A stretch of DNA of 64,000 nucleotides from an uncultured bacterium (GCA_963710755.1 CAVQBK010000003.1:1120001-1184000), one strand, 5' to 3'. Positions 8,825-18,882 are shown, counted from the stretch's first letter. The notes: generated by a model from the letters alone, not told the origin. Numbers and translations are program-made.

Positions 8825-9753
8825 GGTGCTTGCCCGATCATGAGCTGCCAGGCCGCACTGGCAGGATGGCAAACCAAGGTGACCGGATGGACCGATGTAT
8901 CCGGTACCAAAGCCAAGGTGGTGGTTTGAGGCTCTTGCGGCGCTTTGGCAGCGCGCTGTAAAGCTTGCAAAAACGAAGGGTTGATCGGTGTATGGATTAA
9001 ATGCTGCCCCAGGAAATGCGCTGCTGTAAAGGTACTGCCTTCCAGTATTTTTGGATTGAGCGCCAAGATTTTATTATCACGGTCAATGATGATTAAAGTA
9101 CCGGGCGCCATCGCCAGATCGGCCAAGGCATAAAGGGTGGACTGGGGATTGACGGTGGACACTACTTTTTGACGGGGATTGATCATAATATAACTTTTTA
9201 AAAGCCATGCCGACAAAAGCCCCAGGCTGGACGAGGTCAGCAGGATGAAAAGGTAAAAACGACTGTGGAAGGTCTGTACGGTGAGACGGGCGCGCGTATT
9301 GTCAAAATAAGCGCGCACATAAAAATCGTTGTTTTCCGGGAGCATGAGGGTGATTTTGGTGACAGGCCGGTCTGAGACCGTGGTAGATTCAATGGCCATG
9401 CCGCGGGTAGTCAAATCCGGCGGGGCATCGGTCTGTTTTCCCATCATGCCCGGCGTACTATGTAATTTAATCTGGCCCTTGCGGTCGAACACCATGAGGG
9501 TCTGGAGCTGGGCGAAATTTTTCTTGTCCGAATTGATGATTGCCAAGGCTGATAAATCATCGGCCTGGGCAAGGGCACGGTCCAGCTGAGCAGCCAGGTT
9601 GTGCATGACTTGGATTTGCCACTGTCGTTTACTTTGGGTCATTTGCCGGGATGCCAATCCGCTTAAATACCCCATGACCAGCCATTGTAATAAAAACGCT
9701 GTTGCGGCAATAGTTAAACTGATCCTGGTCAAAGGGGTTAAGGTTAATTTCAT
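8821..9753 (-). CDS. Membrane sensor-like protein (TM-periplasmic Cache-like-TM-PAS-like), no output domain
   Basis: Two hydrophobic segments flanking LMVFDRKGQIKLHS; cytoplasmic LIIIDRDNKILALNP PAS-like start. Confidence 0.6.
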   Translation of the reverse strand: MKLTLTPLTRISLTIAATAFLLQWLVMGYLSGLASRQMTQSKRQWQIQVMHNLAAQLDRALAQADDLSALAIINSDKKNFAQLQTLMVFDRKGQIKLHSTPGMMGKQTDAPPDLTTRGMAIESTTVSDRPVTKITLMLPENNDFYVRAYFDNTRARLTVQTFHSRFYLFILLTSSSLGLLSAWLLKSYIMINPRQKVVSTVNPQSTLYALADLAMAPGTLIIIDRDNKILALNPKILEGSTFTAAHFLGQHLIHTPINPSFLQALQRAAKAPQEPQTTTLALVPDTSVHPVTLVCHPASAAWQLMIGQAP

Positions 9754-9919
9754 CCACCGGCTCCTGAAAAGTGCTTGATCATTAGGATCGTGGTATTATA
9801 TAGTGATATGAAAATCAGGTCAATTGTGAACCCTCTCCTAATATTCAGGAGCTTCCCGTGCGGTGACGCCCATCCAAGGCACGATAACAATCGTTCATTT
9901 GAACATGGAGATGAATTCA

Positions 9920-10096
9920 ATGGGCAAAAAAAGGGACAGCCTGGGCCCAGGGAGCGAGCAAGCCCAGGCCTTGACAGAATATATCTTAGTGACCGCAGCT
10001 ATTGGCTTGGCCATGGCCGGTGTTTTGCTGATTTTACGATGGCCGCTAGCTCAATATCTGAGAAAGTTAATAAGCACATTGGCAGGGACAAATTAA
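9920..10096 (+). CDS. Flp-like pilin
   Basis: A-QALTEYILV prepilin motif plus hydrophobic helix; start chosen after GGAG. Confidence 0.7.
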   Translation: MGKKRDSLGPGSEQAQALTEYILVTAAIGLAMAGVLLILRWPLAQYLRKLISTLAGTN

Positions 10097-10156
10097 AGAA
10101 AGTGTCTGTTTGAAATGTTAACGCGAGCAAAAGCACCAGCTCATCGGGAGGGGAAA

Positions 10157-10336
10157 ATGAACAGCCTGAAACGTTTATTCCAGGAAGAAGAAGCTCAAGG
10201 TTTGGTGGAGTACATACTGATCATTGCGGTCATTGCCTTGGTGGCGGTGGTGGTGGTGAAAAGTTTTGGCGGTAAAATTGCCTCATGGTTTGAAAAAACA
10301 GGCGATAAATTGGAAACGGAAATGGACCTGAAATAA
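10157..10336 (+). CDS. flp: Flp family type IVb pilin
   Basis: MNSLKRLFQEEEA-QGLVEYILIIAVIALVAVVVV; GGAGGGG RBS. Confidence 0.92.
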   Translation: MNSLKRLFQEEEAQGLVEYILIIAVIALVAVVVVKSFGGKIASWFEKTGDKLETEMDLK

Positions 10337-10341
10337 ACCCA

Positions 10342-10863
10342 GTGCCTATGACTGTGATTAAAATCATCATTATTTTGAGTGCCTGCTTGGTGTCCATCAT
10401 CACTGATTTAAAATACAGAAAGGTCTTTAATTGGCTAACCCTGCCGCTGATGCTAATAGGGATGGTGGTCAATACGGCAGCCTACGGTATTGCCGGTTTG
10501 GGATATAGTTTGTTGGGATTGCTTTGCGGGGGCTTGATCTTTTTTCCTGCTTTTTGGTTGGGTGGTATGGGAGCCGGAGACATCAAACTGTTAGCCGCCG
10601 TAGGGGCAGTGACGGGGGCCATGATGGTCCTCAATGCGGCCCTATATGCAGCTTTAGCCGGAGGGCTTATGGCCCTGGCGGTATTGATTTGGAAACGAAA
10701 TCTTTGGCCAACCCTTAAAGCCACCGGACGGCTGGTACGCTCGCTGGTTATGCCGGCTATGGTGACGGAGCCGCTATCAACAGTCACGCCTTTTCCCTAT
10801 GCGCTCGCCATTGGTGCCGGCGTGATGGCAGCTATGTTCCTGCCCCCTTTGATACAATTTTAA
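10342..10863 (+). CDS. cpaA: Prepilin peptidase A24 (CpaA/TadV)
   Basis: ITDLKYRKVFNWLT, GGMGAGDIKL, FPYALAI; next to flp. Confidence 0.92.
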   Translation: MPMTVIKIIIILSACLVSIITDLKYRKVFNWLTLPLMLIGMVVNTAAYGIAGLGYSLLGLLCGGLIFFPAFWLGGMGAGDIKLLAAVGAVTGAMMVLNAALYAALAGGLMALAVLIWKRNLWPTLKATGRLVRSLVMPAMVTEPLSTVTPFPYALAIGAGVMAAMFLPPLIQF

Positions 10864-11107
10864 TTCATCAATTGCCCTAGGTTTTGTATCTTCGTTCTTG
10901 CCAACCAATATCTTTCCTCATTAACCCAGCTCGGACAATGGTTTTAGTCTGCATCTAAGGATTATTTTAATAGCCAGGCTATCCTGAGCGCCGCGGACTA
11001 TACGCAATATGTGCATCCCAAGCCGTAACCAAGAGATGTTGTAGTAAAAAGCTTTGAGAATAAATAAGTTATTCCGAACGGCGTTGGCAAAAGAAAGTGC
11101 TTTTTTA

Positions 11108-11137
11108 TTGACGCATAAAAATAATGCCTGTTAAGAT
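11108..11137 (+). promoter_or_regulatory. sigma70-type promoter upstream of the histidine kinase
   Basis: TTGACG-18-TAAGAT with TGn extended -10. Confidence 0.5.
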
Positions 11138-11255
11138 GTTATTATAAAGGATAACCTGACCGGCATAGGTTTGCCCGTAAGCATATGTGAATAATCAAAA
11201 ATCGGCCGCTCTGCATTTACCTTTTCTGTATGTGGTCATTATAAAATGAGGTGAG

Positions 11256-12959
11256 GTGATGCATACCAACTGTTGGGAATATAAACAATGTGGTCGGGAG
11301 CCGGATGGAGTAAATGTAGCGAAGTACGGTGTATGCCCTGCATCTATTTCTTCGGAATATCAAAATATGAATCAAGGGCGTTTTGCCGGGCGCATTTGTT
11401 GGATGGTGGCCGGTACCCTTTGCCACAAAGAGACGCAAGGCTTATTCGCAAGAAAATACCGGGACTGCCACGAGTGCAGTTTTTACCAGGTTCTCAATTA
11501 TTTTGAAACCATTTTTTGTAATGCCCTGGAAGGGATCGGCGTTTTTGATGATCGTGGGGTCTTAATTGATTATAATGAACGTCTGGTCGAGATGTTGGAT
11601 AATAATATTTTTCCCGGACAAACAAAGCTTTTTGAGTTTAACCATTACCCCTTTTTAAACCTGGACCACACACCGCTGGATAAATCTGATAATCCTTTTG
11701 CCGTTAATTTAAAAAAGAAAATCCCCGTGCGCAATCTGGAACTAATCCTGGAAGCCGGCCCTAAACAACGAAAATACTTGGAATGCAGCATTGTCCCCAT
11801 TGTTGCTGAAGAAATGGAAGACCCGCATTTATTGATCGCCTTTTTTCGAGATATTACCCATAAAAAAATTGTGGAGGAAATGCTGGCCTATAGTGAAAAA
11901 AAATATCGCCATATTTTCAATGCCAACCTAATGGGGGTCTTCTTTTTTGATGAGAAAAATATCATCATGGAAGCGAACGATCAAATGCTCGACCTTATGG
12001 GTTATAGCACCCAAGATCTGAAAGTCGGACTGGATTGGACGGAGTTGATTATCAGCGAGAAAGCCATACCCTTAGAAACCATGATGGAAAACCTGATGCT
12101 CAATGGTCAAGTAGGACCATTTGAACTTGCTCTACTGCGTAAAAGTAAAAATGTACTGCCCATCAGTTTTTCGGCCGCCTACTTTCCGGAACAAAAGTTA
12201 TCTTTGGCCATTGTGAATGATCTGAGTGAGCAGCAACGATTGGAAGACATGCGTAAAAATTTTATTACTACGGTCTCGCATGAATTGCGCACCCCCATGA
12301 CGTCCTTGCTCTGCTATTTGAAGGTCTTGACCAATGCCCACTCCCACGGCCAGGAAGAGCAGCGGTTTTTGGAGATCGCCGAGCGTAATGCCAAGCGTCT
12401 GGCTAATTTGATTAATACTATTTTGGAAGTGGAACGTTTGGAAATGGGCTCTGTCCCCCGGCATGAAGAAAAAGTCGATTTGGGCCAAATATGCCGTCTG
12501 GCGATTGAAGCCATTGCCATTCAAGCCAAAATGAAAAATATCGTCATCAAAGAAAACTTAGGGGCACCCCATGTCTTTTTGGCCAGGGGCATACCCATGG
12601 ATCTGGAACGCACGGTGACTAATCTTTTGAGTAACAGTATTAAATATACCCTAAAAGGCTATGTGAAGGTAACCTTGGCCTGGGGTCCTGATAAGCAAGA
12701 TATATTAATTAAAGTAGAAGACACAGGGGTAGGCATTAAGGCGGAAGAAATTTCCAAGGTTTTTGAAGGTTTCTATAGAGCCAAACATGAAATCACCCAT
12801 ATGGTGCCTGGAACCGGGTTGGGATTAAGAATCGTCAAGGATATTATCGAACAGCACGGTGGGAAAATAATGGTGGAATCACAATTGGGTTTAGGCACCA
12901 CTATTACCTTAAGCATACCCGCTTTCAACACTGAGCCGCCGGGGAAATGGCCAACCTGA
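11256..12959 (+). CDS. Cytoplasmic histidine kinase: N-terminal Cys/Trp-rich (two-CW) domain, 2x PAS, HisKA, HATPase
   Basis: NCWEYKQCGRE..CPA..GRICWMVAGTLC..CHECSFY; VSHELRTPMT H-box; NLLSNSIKYT, DTGVGI, GTGLGL boxes. Confidence 0.92.
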   Translation: MMHTNCWEYKQCGREPDGVNVAKYGVCPASISSEYQNMNQGRFAGRICWMVAGTLCHKETQGLFARKYRDCHECSFYQVLNYFETIFCNALEGIGVFDDRGVLIDYNERLVEMLDNNIFPGQTKLFEFNHYPFLNLDHTPLDKSDNPFAVNLKKKIPVRNLELILEAGPKQRKYLECSIVPIVAEEMEDPHLLIAFFRDITHKKIVEEMLAYSEKKYRHIFNANLMGVFFFDEKNIIMEANDQMLDLMGYSTQDLKVGLDWTELIISEKAIPLETMMENLMLNGQVGPFELALLRKSKNVLPISFSAAYFPEQKLSLAIVNDLSEQQRLEDMRKNFITTVSHELRTPMTSLLCYLKVLTNAHSHGQEEQRFLEIAERNAKRLANLINTILEVERLEMGSVPRHEEKVDLGQICRLAIEAIAIQAKMKNIVIKENLGAPHVFLARGIPMDLERTVTNLLSNSIKYTLKGYVKVTLAWGPDKQDILIKVEDTGVGIKAEEISKVFEGFYRAKHEITHMVPGTGLGLRIVKDIIEQHGGKIMVESQLGLGTTITLSIPAFNTEPPGKWPT

Positions 12960-13085
12960 CCCAAGCAGTGAAGACAACGCAGCCACCTGGATAGATCCGG
13001 TGGTTGGGGATTGGTAAAGAACACGGTTTAACTTTAGAATAGACGTTGGCACAAAAAATGTTACTGAGATGGTTGTGTATACCAG

Positions 13086-14033
13086 ATGATTAAATGTTGT
13101 TTAGGGTTGTTGATTTTCATACTCAGCTTGCCCGCACCCACGATCCATGCCAGCAGTCACCCGCAAAAGTTCTTTAAGGACGAAAGGGTTCGTTTTAGCG
13201 TCATTTATAAGGGCATTAGGCTGGGATACCGGATTCAAAGTCTTTTTCTTCTGCCTGAGGAAAGAATTACCTTAACCGCTGTAGATGCCAATTGGAAACA
13301 CGCCTATCAATTTGAGGCCCGGTCCGGCACGGTTCAACCAAGGGGTAATCGGGAGTGGTCCTGGACAGCCCCGATCCAGCCCGGTGTTTATCAGGCGGAC
13401 TTAACTCAAGTTGGTGGGCAGGAGTGCATGACGCTTAATCTAGTGGTGATGGTGCCGTTTGATCAAGTCAGCCAGGGACAAGTGAACGGCTATACTATTG
13501 GTGTTTATCCGGAGTCAACATCCTTCAAACCGCCTCGAGGATTTATTGAAGTTACACCCTTTCTGGAAACGCTTGCCCTCTCCCCGCATTTTAAATTAGG
13601 TCAGTTTGTCTGTCGCCAATCTTCGGGGTTCCCCAAATATACGGTGGTAGACGAGCGCCTGCTTATCAAACTGGAGCTGCTTTTAAGCCGGATAAATTTA
13701 AAAGGCTATTCTTGCCGCACCTTGGTCATTTCCAGTGCTTTTCGCACTCCTTATTATAATCAGACCTCAGGTTACAGTTTATACAGCCGCCATTGTTGGG
13801 GTCAGGCTGTGGATCTGTTGGTTGACGGCAATGGGGATGGGCTCATGGATGATCTCAATCGGGATGGCCGCATGGATAAGCAAGACAGCATGGTCCTGAA
13901 AACTCTAATTCTTGATATTGAACAAGAAGTACGTCATGCCAATAAAGTTGGGGGTATCGGGCTTTATGACGATACGGACGACCACGGGCCTTTCGTCCAC
14001 ATGGATGTAAGAGGGACCTCTGCCCAATGGTGA
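13086..14033 (+). CDS. Secreted peptidase M15A-family (D-Ala-D-Ala carboxypeptidase-like) protein
   Basis: Signal peptide; LSPHFKLGQF, SAFRTPYYN, SRHCWGQAVD, FVHMD. Confidence 0.85.
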   Translation: MIKCCLGLLIFILSLPAPTIHASSHPQKFFKDERVRFSVIYKGIRLGYRIQSLFLLPEERITLTAVDANWKHAYQFEARSGTVQPRGNREWSWTAPIQPGVYQADLTQVGGQECMTLNLVVMVPFDQVSQGQVNGYTIGVYPESTSFKPPRGFIEVTPFLETLALSPHFKLGQFVCRQSSGFPKYTVVDERLLIKLELLLSRINLKGYSCRTLVISSAFRTPYYNQTSGYSLYSRHCWGQAVDLLVDGNGDGLMDDLNRDGRMDKQDSMVLKTLILDIEQEVRHANKVGGIGLYDDTDDHGPFVHMDVRGTSAQW

Positions 14034-14042
14034 CCTATCACG

Positions 14043-14393
14043 TTAATAGTCCACCAATTCAGCCAGAATACTTTCAATATCCTTGCGATAGGCTTCATTC
14101 ATCCTTACAAAAGCCATGCCCAACAGCAAGCTGTGGTGCTGGGAATCAAATTTGGACCATTTGACAGTTCCCTGTCCGGTTATCGTATTGAAAGGTTCGG
14201 GTAAATGCAGAGCATAATGCAACTTATGGGAATTGTACAAATGAGGTGGGACAGGGACCTTGATACACATGCCGCCCAAACTTAAATCCTGCACATGGCC
14301 GGAAGACTTAATTTCCTTGCGAAGCTCATTATCTGTAAAAATACAATAAATGGGAAATTTTAAATCTACGCGGGCATATTGGCGACGCTGCAT
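14043..14393 (-). CDS. Stand-alone PilZ domain protein
   Basis: RRQYAR and DLSLGG motifs. Confidence 0.9.
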   Translation of the reverse strand: MQRRQYARVDLKFPIYCIFTDNELRKEIKSSGHVQDLSLGGMCIKVPVPPHLYNSHKLHYALHLPEPFNTITGQGTVKWSKFDSQHHSLLLGMAFVRMNEAYRKDIESILAELVDY

Positions 14394-14424
14394 TTTTTAA
14401 CCTCGACCTTGTTAATGATGATTA

Positions 14425-14451
14425 TTATCGGTAACTTGAATTTTTCATTGA
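14425..14451 (-). promoter_or_regulatory. sigma28 (FliA)-like promoter for PilZ gene
   Basis: Minus strand TCAA-N15-ACCGATAA vs consensus TAAA-N15-GCCGATAA. Confidence 0.5.
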
Positions 14452-14621
14452 ACGTCTTTAAACCAGGTGTCTCTTTAAGAAGAGTGTCAAAGGTGAGAGG
14501 AAAGAAAATGAACGCCAAGGTGGATATGGGCGGCGGTGAACAGTGGGCTGAGAAAACGGGAAAATGATTAAATTAAAAGGCTATTATTAAAAATGGTGGC
14601 AATATACCCTCTGGAAGAGTA

Positions 14622-14668
14622 GCACAATATATGGTAGGGCAGTATATAAACAAAACTATATATGGTAT
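14622..14668. promoter_or_regulatory. Tandem NrdR boxes
   Basis: GCACAATATATGGTAG (14622-14637) and AAACTATATATGGTAT (14653-14668), 31 bp apart, upstream of an RNR gene. Confidence 0.85.
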
Positions 14669-14685
14669 AAATAAGGCGATTTAAC

Positions 14686-14714
14686 TTGACAAGGAAAAGT
14701 GATAGGCCTATGAT
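14686..14714 (+). promoter_or_regulatory. sigma70 promoter of nrdJ
   Basis: TTGACA-17-TATGAT. Confidence 0.75.
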
Positions 14715-14741
14715 AACGACTCGAAAATTTGAGGGAGGCTG

Positions 14742-17006
14742 ATGATGGCTGAGGAGAAATCAATACCCATGGAGTTGTCAGAAAACGCATTAACCGTATT
14801 AAAAAAACGTTATCTTATCAGGGACGATGACGGCCAACCGCTGGAAACACCGGAGAATTTGTTTCGCCGGGTGGCCGATAATATTGCGAGTGTTGAACGA
14901 TTATATGACAGCCAAGCTAACGTAGAGAGCGTGAGTGATGATTTTTATCGACTCATGACCAGTATGGAATTTCTGCCCAATTCCCCCACATTGATGAATG
15001 CAGGCCGGGAGTTGCAACAATTATCAGCCTGTTTCGTCCTTCCCATCGAAGACTCCATGGAATCCATATTTGAAAGTGTGAAAAATGCAGCTTTAATCCA
15101 TAAGAGTGGCGGTGGAACAGGTTTTTCTTTTTCCCGCATCCGGCCTAAAAATGACCCGGTTAAAACCACCAATGGCTGTGCCAGTGGACCGATCTCCTTC
15201 ATGAAAGTTTTTAATGCGGCTACCGAGGCCGTCAAACAAGGTGGTACCCGACGTGGCGCCAATATGGCTATTTTAAGGGTGGACCACCCCGATGTAATGG
15301 AGTTCATTAATTGCAAACAAGATCTCACGGAGCTGACCAATTTCAATATCAGCGTTGCTATTACGGATGCCTTCATGGCGGCGCTGGCCAAGGATGAGGA
15401 CTATGATCTGATTCATCCGCGTTCAAAAGAAACGGTGGGCAAGCTTTCGGCCAAGGTGGTGTTCGACCAGATCGTTAAAAATGCCTGGCAAACCGGAGAA
15501 CCGGGCATTGTGTTTATCGATCGTATCAACGCCCATAATCCTACGCCGGAACTTGGTGACATGGAGAGCACCAATCCCTGTGGTGAGCAGCCACTATTGC
15601 CCTATGAAGCCTGCAATTTAGGTTCTATTAATTTGGCAAAAATGATTAAAACGCAAAAGCAAATCAGAAGCATTGATTATGACCGTCTTAAACGGGTGGT
15701 TCATATGGCTGTGCATTTTTTAGATAATGTGATTGATGTCAGCGCATTCCCGCTACCCCAAATAGGTGATCTGGTTAGACGGAATCGCAAGATCGGCCTG
15801 GGCATAATGGGTTTTGCCGATATGTTATTAAGTTTGGGCGTGCCGTACAACTCAAAAGAAGCCTTGGATCTAGCGGAAGAAGTGATGGCCTTTATTGACA
15901 AGGAGAGCAAGGTCAAATCCAGACAGTTGGCGGAAATACGTGGTCCCTTTCCTGAATTTGAAAAAAGCCAGTTGAATCAAAAAAATTCACCACCTATGCG
16001 CAATGCCACCACCACCACGGTGGCACCTACCGGCACCATCAGCATTATTGCCGGCACCAGTTCCGGAGTGGAACCTTTGTTTGCCGTGGCCTTTGTCCGC
16101 AATGTGATGGACAATGACCGACTGGTGGAAGTTAATCCCGTCTTTAAGGCCACGGCAGCGGCCGGGGGGTTTGATTCGCCAGAATTGATGCAGGAAATCG
16201 CCGGGCACGGCACGGTTCAAGGCAATGATAAAATTCCAGAGTCAGTGCAAAAGGTTTTTGTAACCTCCCATGATATTACCCCTGAATGGCATGTCAAAAT
16301 GCAGGCGGCTTTCCAAAAACATACGGATAATGCCGTGTCTAAAACAGTGAATTTCGCCCATAGTGCCACAACGGCTGATGTGGAAAAAGTATTTCGGCAG
16401 GCCTTTGAACAGAATTGCAAAGGGGTGACTATTTATCGTGACGGCAGCCGGGAAGGCCAGGTGTTGTCAGTAGCCAAAAAAGAAACGCCAGCCGAAACCC
16501 CCATGGTTATGGAGAGTCCGTCCACAGAACCCCGAGAGCGGCCGGATGTGATTAGTGGCAGCACGGAAAAAATGATTACCGGCTGCGGCAACTTATACAT
16601 AACCCTCAACCATGATAATCAAGGTTTATTTGAAATATTTACCCAGATGGGCAAATCCGGCGGATGCGCCGCAGCTCAATCGGAAGCTATTGCCCGGCTG
16701 GTGTCATTGGCTTTGCGAAGTGGCGTTAATCCGGAAGCCATAGTTAAAAATTTGCGTGGGATCCGCTGTTCCAATCCCACTTGGGGTAAAGGCGGGATGG
16801 TGCTCAGTTGTCCTGACGCCATGGGATTGGCTGTTGAAAGCCATATGAAGCGGATGAGCGGCCAGAAAAGCCAACGGGAAAAAGTGTCGGTCGGCTTAAG
16901 TGTACTCGATCAGCGCATAGGAGCCTGTCCTGAATGTGGCGGCACGGTGGAACACGAAGGCGGCTGTATGGTATGCAAGGCCTGCGGATATTCCAAATGC
17001 GCGTAA
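14742..17006 (+). CDS. nrdJ: Class II (adenosylcobalamin-dependent) ribonucleotide reductase
   Basis: PNSPTLMNAG, LSACFV, TNPCGEQ, APTGTIS, C-terminal SCPD domain and CxxC..CxxCGYSKC ribbon; no nrdB nearby. Confidence 0.95.
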   Translation: MMAEEKSIPMELSENALTVLKKRYLIRDDDGQPLETPENLFRRVADNIASVERLYDSQANVESVSDDFYRLMTSMEFLPNSPTLMNAGRELQQLSACFVLPIEDSMESIFESVKNAALIHKSGGGTGFSFSRIRPKNDPVKTTNGCASGPISFMKVFNAATEAVKQGGTRRGANMAILRVDHPDVMEFINCKQDLTELTNFNISVAITDAFMAALAKDEDYDLIHPRSKETVGKLSAKVVFDQIVKNAWQTGEPGIVFIDRINAHNPTPELGDMESTNPCGEQPLLPYEACNLGSINLAKMIKTQKQIRSIDYDRLKRVVHMAVHFLDNVIDVSAFPLPQIGDLVRRNRKIGLGIMGFADMLLSLGVPYNSKEALDLAEEVMAFIDKESKVKSRQLAEIRGPFPEFEKSQLNQKNSPPMRNATTTTVAPTGTISIIAGTSSGVEPLFAVAFVRNVMDNDRLVEVNPVFKATAAAGGFDSPELMQEIAGHGTVQGNDKIPESVQKVFVTSHDITPEWHVKMQAAFQKHTDNAVSKTVNFAHSATTADVEKVFRQAFEQNCKGVTIYRDGSREGQVLSVAKKETPAETPMVMESPSTEPRERPDVISGSTEKMITGCGNLYITLNHDNQGLFEIFTQMGKSGGCAAAQSEAIARLVSLALRSGVNPEAIVKNLRGIRCSNPTWGKGGMVLSCPDAMGLAVESHMKRMSGQKSQREKVSVGLSVLDQRIGACPECGGTVEHEGGCMVCKACGYSKCA

Positions 17007-17115
17007 GGGCATAAGAGGCGGACAAGGCTGGAATAAGTGAGGCCGGATTTAATGCTATGACTATAAAAGTGTGTGGGGTGAGCGGGTCATTTACAATCCT
17101 CTCAACGACAGAATG

Positions 17116-17144
17116 TTGACAACCAAAGGCCAGGCTTATAAGAT
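17116..17144 (+). promoter_or_regulatory. sigma70 promoter of the tadE/tadG-like pair
   Basis: TTGACA-17-TAAGAT. Confidence 0.65.
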
Positions 17145-17185
17145 TTTAGGGGACGCTCCACAACGCTGTCTGAAGAGGATGGGAC

Positions 17186-17566
17186 ATGTGGCCTCAACTT
17201 AAGCCGGAACAGGGTCAAGCCTTGGTGGAAACCGCACTGGCCTTGCCCTTGTTGGTATTGATATTTTTAGGCACCATTGAATTCGTTCATTGGAGCATTG
17301 CTCAGGTAGTGGTTAAAGAAGCGGCCTTTGAGGCTGGCCGGGAAGCCGTGCTTCATGGGGATGATAGGAATGCCGCTACCAGAGTGGCCCAAAAAATATG
17401 CTCCTCCGTCAGCTCGGGAAAAACCACCTTTTTGATAGAACATGCCGATCAACCTGCCTTGAAACGCTACGTGGTCATTCATCACTTGAAATTAATTTTT
17501 CCCATTTGGCCGGTTCCTAGCATTAGCCAGGCCGTGCCGGCCTTTCTCTTTGATACAGGAACCTGA
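17186..17566 (+). CDS. tadE: TadE-family pseudopilin
   Basis: GQALVETALALPLLVLIFLGTIEF...AAFEAGR. Confidence 0.88.
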   Translation: MWPQLKPEQGQALVETALALPLLVLIFLGTIEFVHWSIAQVVVKEAAFEAGREAVLHGDDRNAATRVAQKICSSVSSGKTTFLIEHADQPALKRYVVIHHLKLIFPIWPVPSISQAVPAFLFDTGT

Positions 17567-17568
17567 GC

Positions 17569-18333
17569 ATGCGGATTGGGCGGCGTTTAATCCGAAAAGA
17601 AGAAGGTAATATCCTTTACCTAACCCTGATTATGATGATGGTCCTGGTATTGATGGCCCTGGTATTAGTCAATGTTATTCAAATGGCCGTACTCAGAATC
17701 AAGGCTCAACAAGCGGCGGATCATATGGTTTTGTCTGCGGCCACTCTCAAAGCCCGTCTATTGAACAATTTTGCCAATAAAAACAGCTTTATGCAGGCCC
17801 TGTTGCAGACTAAAGGCACGCGTGATAATCCCTTTAATAGCAACACCGAGGCTAAGCAATGGAAGAACACGCTGGAAAACCTGACGCATATCATGAGTGT
17901 GGAAACCACAGCCTTTAGCAGTGCCATGATTCATTCGGAAATATTGGAAACCATTGCCCAAGAAAACGGGCTCAATGAAAAAACAAGCCGGGTTCGTCTC
18001 TACCCGGAAGATATTAAGCCCGATTTGGAGATGAGAACCACCTTCCGCCGGGCCTGGGTAGCTGACCCTTCCTTTCCCCAGAACAAACCTATCGACCTGC
18101 CGGCTTGCTATGAGCCTAAAACGCCATTATATGTGCAAGCACGGGTGGAATGGCAGACCAAGGAGATGATTATTGGCCATCGGCTGTTAAAGGTCAATCT
18201 TCCTGACATTATCACCAGGGCCAGAGCCGAAATAGTTGATGCCGGAATACTTAAAAGTCCGGCTGGCCGGTGCTGGCGGGTAAGGTTGATGCCACCTCAA
18301 CCCAGTGTGGATGAGTACTTAAAAAATCAATAA
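17569..18333 (+). CDS. TadG-like pilus assembly protein (Tad N-terminal domain)
   Basis: EEGNILYLTLIMMMVL...RIKAQQAADHMVLSAA; follows tadE. Confidence 0.75.
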   Translation: MRIGRRLIRKEEGNILYLTLIMMMVLVLMALVLVNVIQMAVLRIKAQQAADHMVLSAATLKARLLNNFANKNSFMQALLQTKGTRDNPFNSNTEAKQWKNTLENLTHIMSVETTAFSSAMIHSEILETIAQENGLNEKTSRVRLYPEDIKPDLEMRTTFRRAWVADPSFPQNKPIDLPACYEPKTPLYVQARVEWQTKEMIIGHRLLKVNLPDIITRARAEIVDAGILKSPAGRCWRVRLMPPQPSVDEYLKNQ

Positions 18334-18882
18334 TCGTAAAAAAAATCAAAGCCAAAATATAAAATTGGTTGTAAAGCCGTAAAATATCCTGCCATGAATA
18401 GCGGAGATGAACGGAGGATGTAAACTAAGGTACAGGCCTATCAACACAATAATTTATTAGTAATAATCCAAACTTCATTTAACAATTATTGTCTGTTCTG
18501 CATTATCATCGCATCGTGCTTATTACTTGAAGACATTAAGTTCTAAGACTTATCTTTTTTGTTTCAAAAACTACTCCGTTAGCTCTTTTGATAAAGTATT
18601 TGCGAAAAGGTTTATTTTCAAAAAAATTTCGCAAGCTAAGGCTGCCACCATTCGGACGCCGGCTTTAGATATAAATCTAACAAAATTAAATTAACGTGAA
18701 AAACTCATCCTACTGCGGCACTGTTTTCTCAGCTGTGCTGACATTACTTATCAGATCAAGTTTGAGTTATTACAATTTATTGCCGTAAAAGAAGAGTTAT
18801 AAATCGGCCCTTGGATGTGCTGGACCCATCACCTTTAATCTAACAAAAGAGAATCGGCTGAAATGAATCACAACAACTAAAG

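Noticed and set aside
11085-13061. sigma54 promoters at ~11085 and ~13047
   Set aside because: Spacing is GG-N11-GC in the first; the -12 reads GT in the second.
14742-17006. Intein or intron in nrdJ
   Set aside because: Length (754 aa) and motif spacing are normal; no insertion evident.
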